A stretch of DNA of 37,231 nt from an uncultured Chlorobiota bacterium (lineage in GTDB: Bacteria; Bacteroidota; Bacteroidia; Bacteroidales; JAADGE01), in the NCBI GenBank assembly GCA_947311265.1, contig CAMZKQ010000227.1, forward strand, positions 1 through 37,231, written 5' to 3'. A model generated the notes under the pieces. It saw only the letters and a program-made list of their open reading frames with translations, searched no databases and was not told the DNA's origin. Position numbers and translations under genes: made by a program. This document shows positions 35,749-37,231 of the stretch, piece by piece (the first letter of the stretch is position 1; every line of letters begins with the position of its first letter).

Positions 35749-35763
35749 AGCTTGTGGTCGGTT

Positions 35764-36294
35764 TTATTTTTTTAGTCTGACGGCAAAGATAACAAATGCG
35801 CCTTTTTCGTCTAATTTAATTATTTTGTGTTGCACTTTTCCTGCAGAAAGTAGTGCAATTTGGGTAAGCCCTGTATGCTCATTGCTAGGGCTTTCTAGTT
35901 GAAAGCGTTTAAATTGTTTTTGCCCGTCTCTGTCTAACGCATTTACGATACCACATATTTTATTTATGCCTTCGGTTCTACTGGTTTCAATTTTATTGCC
36001 TGCGGCAAAAACGAAATAATCGCCTTCTTCTTGCAGAACAATAATGCCTGTGCCAGATGAGCGTCCTAAGTGCACTTCTCTTTCGCAGGAGTAATAGGAA
36101 ATATTTTGAGCTAGCTCTACAAATACTCTAAATACTTTGCGGCTTAGCCTTGCATTTTTAAGTGAAACTTCGATATTTTTTGCCATTACCGAGAGAACCC
36201 TTTTATCAAAAGTGCCTTGATAGGCTATTAGAATACTTTTCCTGTAAAAGTCAAAAATATCTTTTAGTTTTTCGTTTTCAAATTCCTGCTTCAT
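35764..36294 (-). CDS. SiaB-like (GHKL/anti-sigma-kinase-like) protein kinase
   Basis: 176 aa. ILIAYQGTFDKRVLSVMAKNIE......VFRVFVELAQNISYYS resembles SiaB-family proteins that pair with DUF1987. It lies 15 nt upstream of the DUF1987 gene. Confidence 0.65.
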   Translation of the reverse strand: MKQEFENEKLKDIFDFYRKSILIAYQGTFDKRVLSVMAKNIEVSLKNARLSRKVFRVFVELAQNISYYSCEREVHLGRSSGTGIIVLQEEGDYFVFAAGNKIETSRTEGINKICGIVNALDRDGQKQFKRFQLESPSNEHTGLTQIALLSAGKVQHKIIKLDEKGAFVIFAVRLKK

Positions 36295-36384
36295 AATTGT
36301 GGCAAATATATAAAAATAAAAAGAGTTTAAAAATACCGCTTCAGTTTATCATTAAAAAATCATTAGCACAATTATTAAGCCAAT

Positions 36385-37131
36385 TTATTTCTTTTTAATT
36401 TTTTTGTATATCAATTTTACATTTGTAATATCGGCATATTTGCTTTTTGAGCCTATACTGTGTTTGTATAGCCAGCCCGTTATTCGTTCTATTTTTTTCT
36501 TAGGATTGGTAATAATAAAAACTTCATGGTTTTGTTTTTTGCCATTGTTTGCTAATGCTCCATTTTCTTTAACCTCTTTTGTGCCATCTTTGTACCTTAC
36601 CATTATGCTCATAATTGGGTGTAGCGATTTGTCGTCTGGGTAAATTTTGTAATCGGCAGAGAGGGTATATATCCCCTGTTCTTTTCGGCGTATTGAAAAA
36701 GGTATTGTAGCTCTTTTGCCGTCTTTTGGCATTTTCCAACTGGTCTTTTTTTTCCAAATATCATTTTTATCTTTCTTTTTTTTCTTGGGTTTTCCGTCTT
36801 CTTTTTTCTTCATCGCTTTAAGCGATTGTATCACTTTAGAATAGACTTCTTTGTATTGTTCGGGGTGCTGGCAGTAAAAAGCGACTGTCTGCTCAAAATC
36901 GTGCCGAGTAACCGAGTGTTTTTTAAACACATGATTGTAAAGCGATGTTGTCGCTTCCTTGCCTTTCTTTTTATTGAGCCCACCAGCAGTAATCATGCCA
37001 TCTGCAAGGTGCATATCAACTAATATTTTTACGAACTTTTCTTTGGGGATACTGGCTTCGCTCTCTTGCCCTTTTTGGCAAGTAATTAAAAGTAGTGAAG
37101 CTATTAAAATATAAGCTATCTTTAGTTTCAT
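36385..37131 (-). CDS. DUF4296-like lipoprotein with a Lys-rich linker
   Basis: Lipobox LLLITC, then IPKEKFVKILVDMHLADGMI (DUF4296-type motif), then a KKKEDGKPKKKKKDK low-complexity tract. Confidence 0.65.
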   Translation of the reverse strand: MKLKIAYILIASLLLITCQKGQESEASIPKEKFVKILVDMHLADGMITAGGLNKKKGKEATTSLYNHVFKKHSVTRHDFEQTVAFYCQHPEQYKEVYSKVIQSLKAMKKKEDGKPKKKKKDKNDIWKKKTSWKMPKDGKRATIPFSIRRKEQGIYTLSADYKIYPDDKSLHPIMSIMVRYKDGTKEVKENGALANNGKKQNHEVFIITNPKKKIERITGWLYKHSIGSKSKYADITNVKLIYKKIKKK

Positions 37132-37231
37132 TCGTTTTATTTTCGGATATGTTTGTGCCTAAGCCCTTGCATGGGGTTAATCCCAGATTTTATGTACCAG
37201 TTACAATTTAATCTACAAAATTAATAAAAAA

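Overview
This 37.2-kb window looks like chromosomal sequence from a low-GC Bacteroidota genome. Three things point there: T9SS C-terminal sorting domains, TTTG/TAnnTTTG promoter boxes, and PorT-like beta-barrel proteins. I count about 37 protein-coding loci and no rRNA, tRNA, CRISPR array or intact transposase. Most genes are housekeeping: rlmH, MscS, a Na/Pi cotransporter, a TrmH-family methyltransferase, prs, mutS2, apbC plus a NifU-like gene, a CDA-fold deaminase, sufB/sufC/sufD, ispE and pfkA. Cell-envelope and secreted proteins are interspersed among them.

Four things stand out:
1. A very AT-rich three-gene insert at 23819-26563, between the deaminase gene and sufB. It encodes a PD-(D/E)xK nuclease-fold protein, a compact ABC/OLD-type (AAA_15/21-like) ATPase, and a tightly coupled small Toprim-like protein. 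I read it as a candidate, apparently undescribed, anti-phage or conflict module. Its third gene carries an in-frame TGA inside the putative DxD motif.
2. A minimal exosortase-family membrane protein (7787-8368) lies next to a 65-aa cargo made of little more than a signal peptide, a poly-Pro run and a PEP-CTERM-like 'PIDGG' sorting tail.
3. Gene disruption is unusually dense: 7 of about 37 loci. These are in-frame TAG, TAA and TGA stops in an S8 protease, prs and the Toprim-like gene; 1-nt frameshifts in ispE, the Na/Pi cotransporter and an OB-fold lipoprotein; and an internally deleted Fic gene.
4. There are footprints of insertion. A 35-bp direct repeat brackets the Fic remnant inside the suf cluster, and a GGTCTAAAAA-terminated repeat family occurs at 2.4, 2.8 and 23.1 kb.

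All functional calls come from motifs read by eye in the translations. No database search was run.
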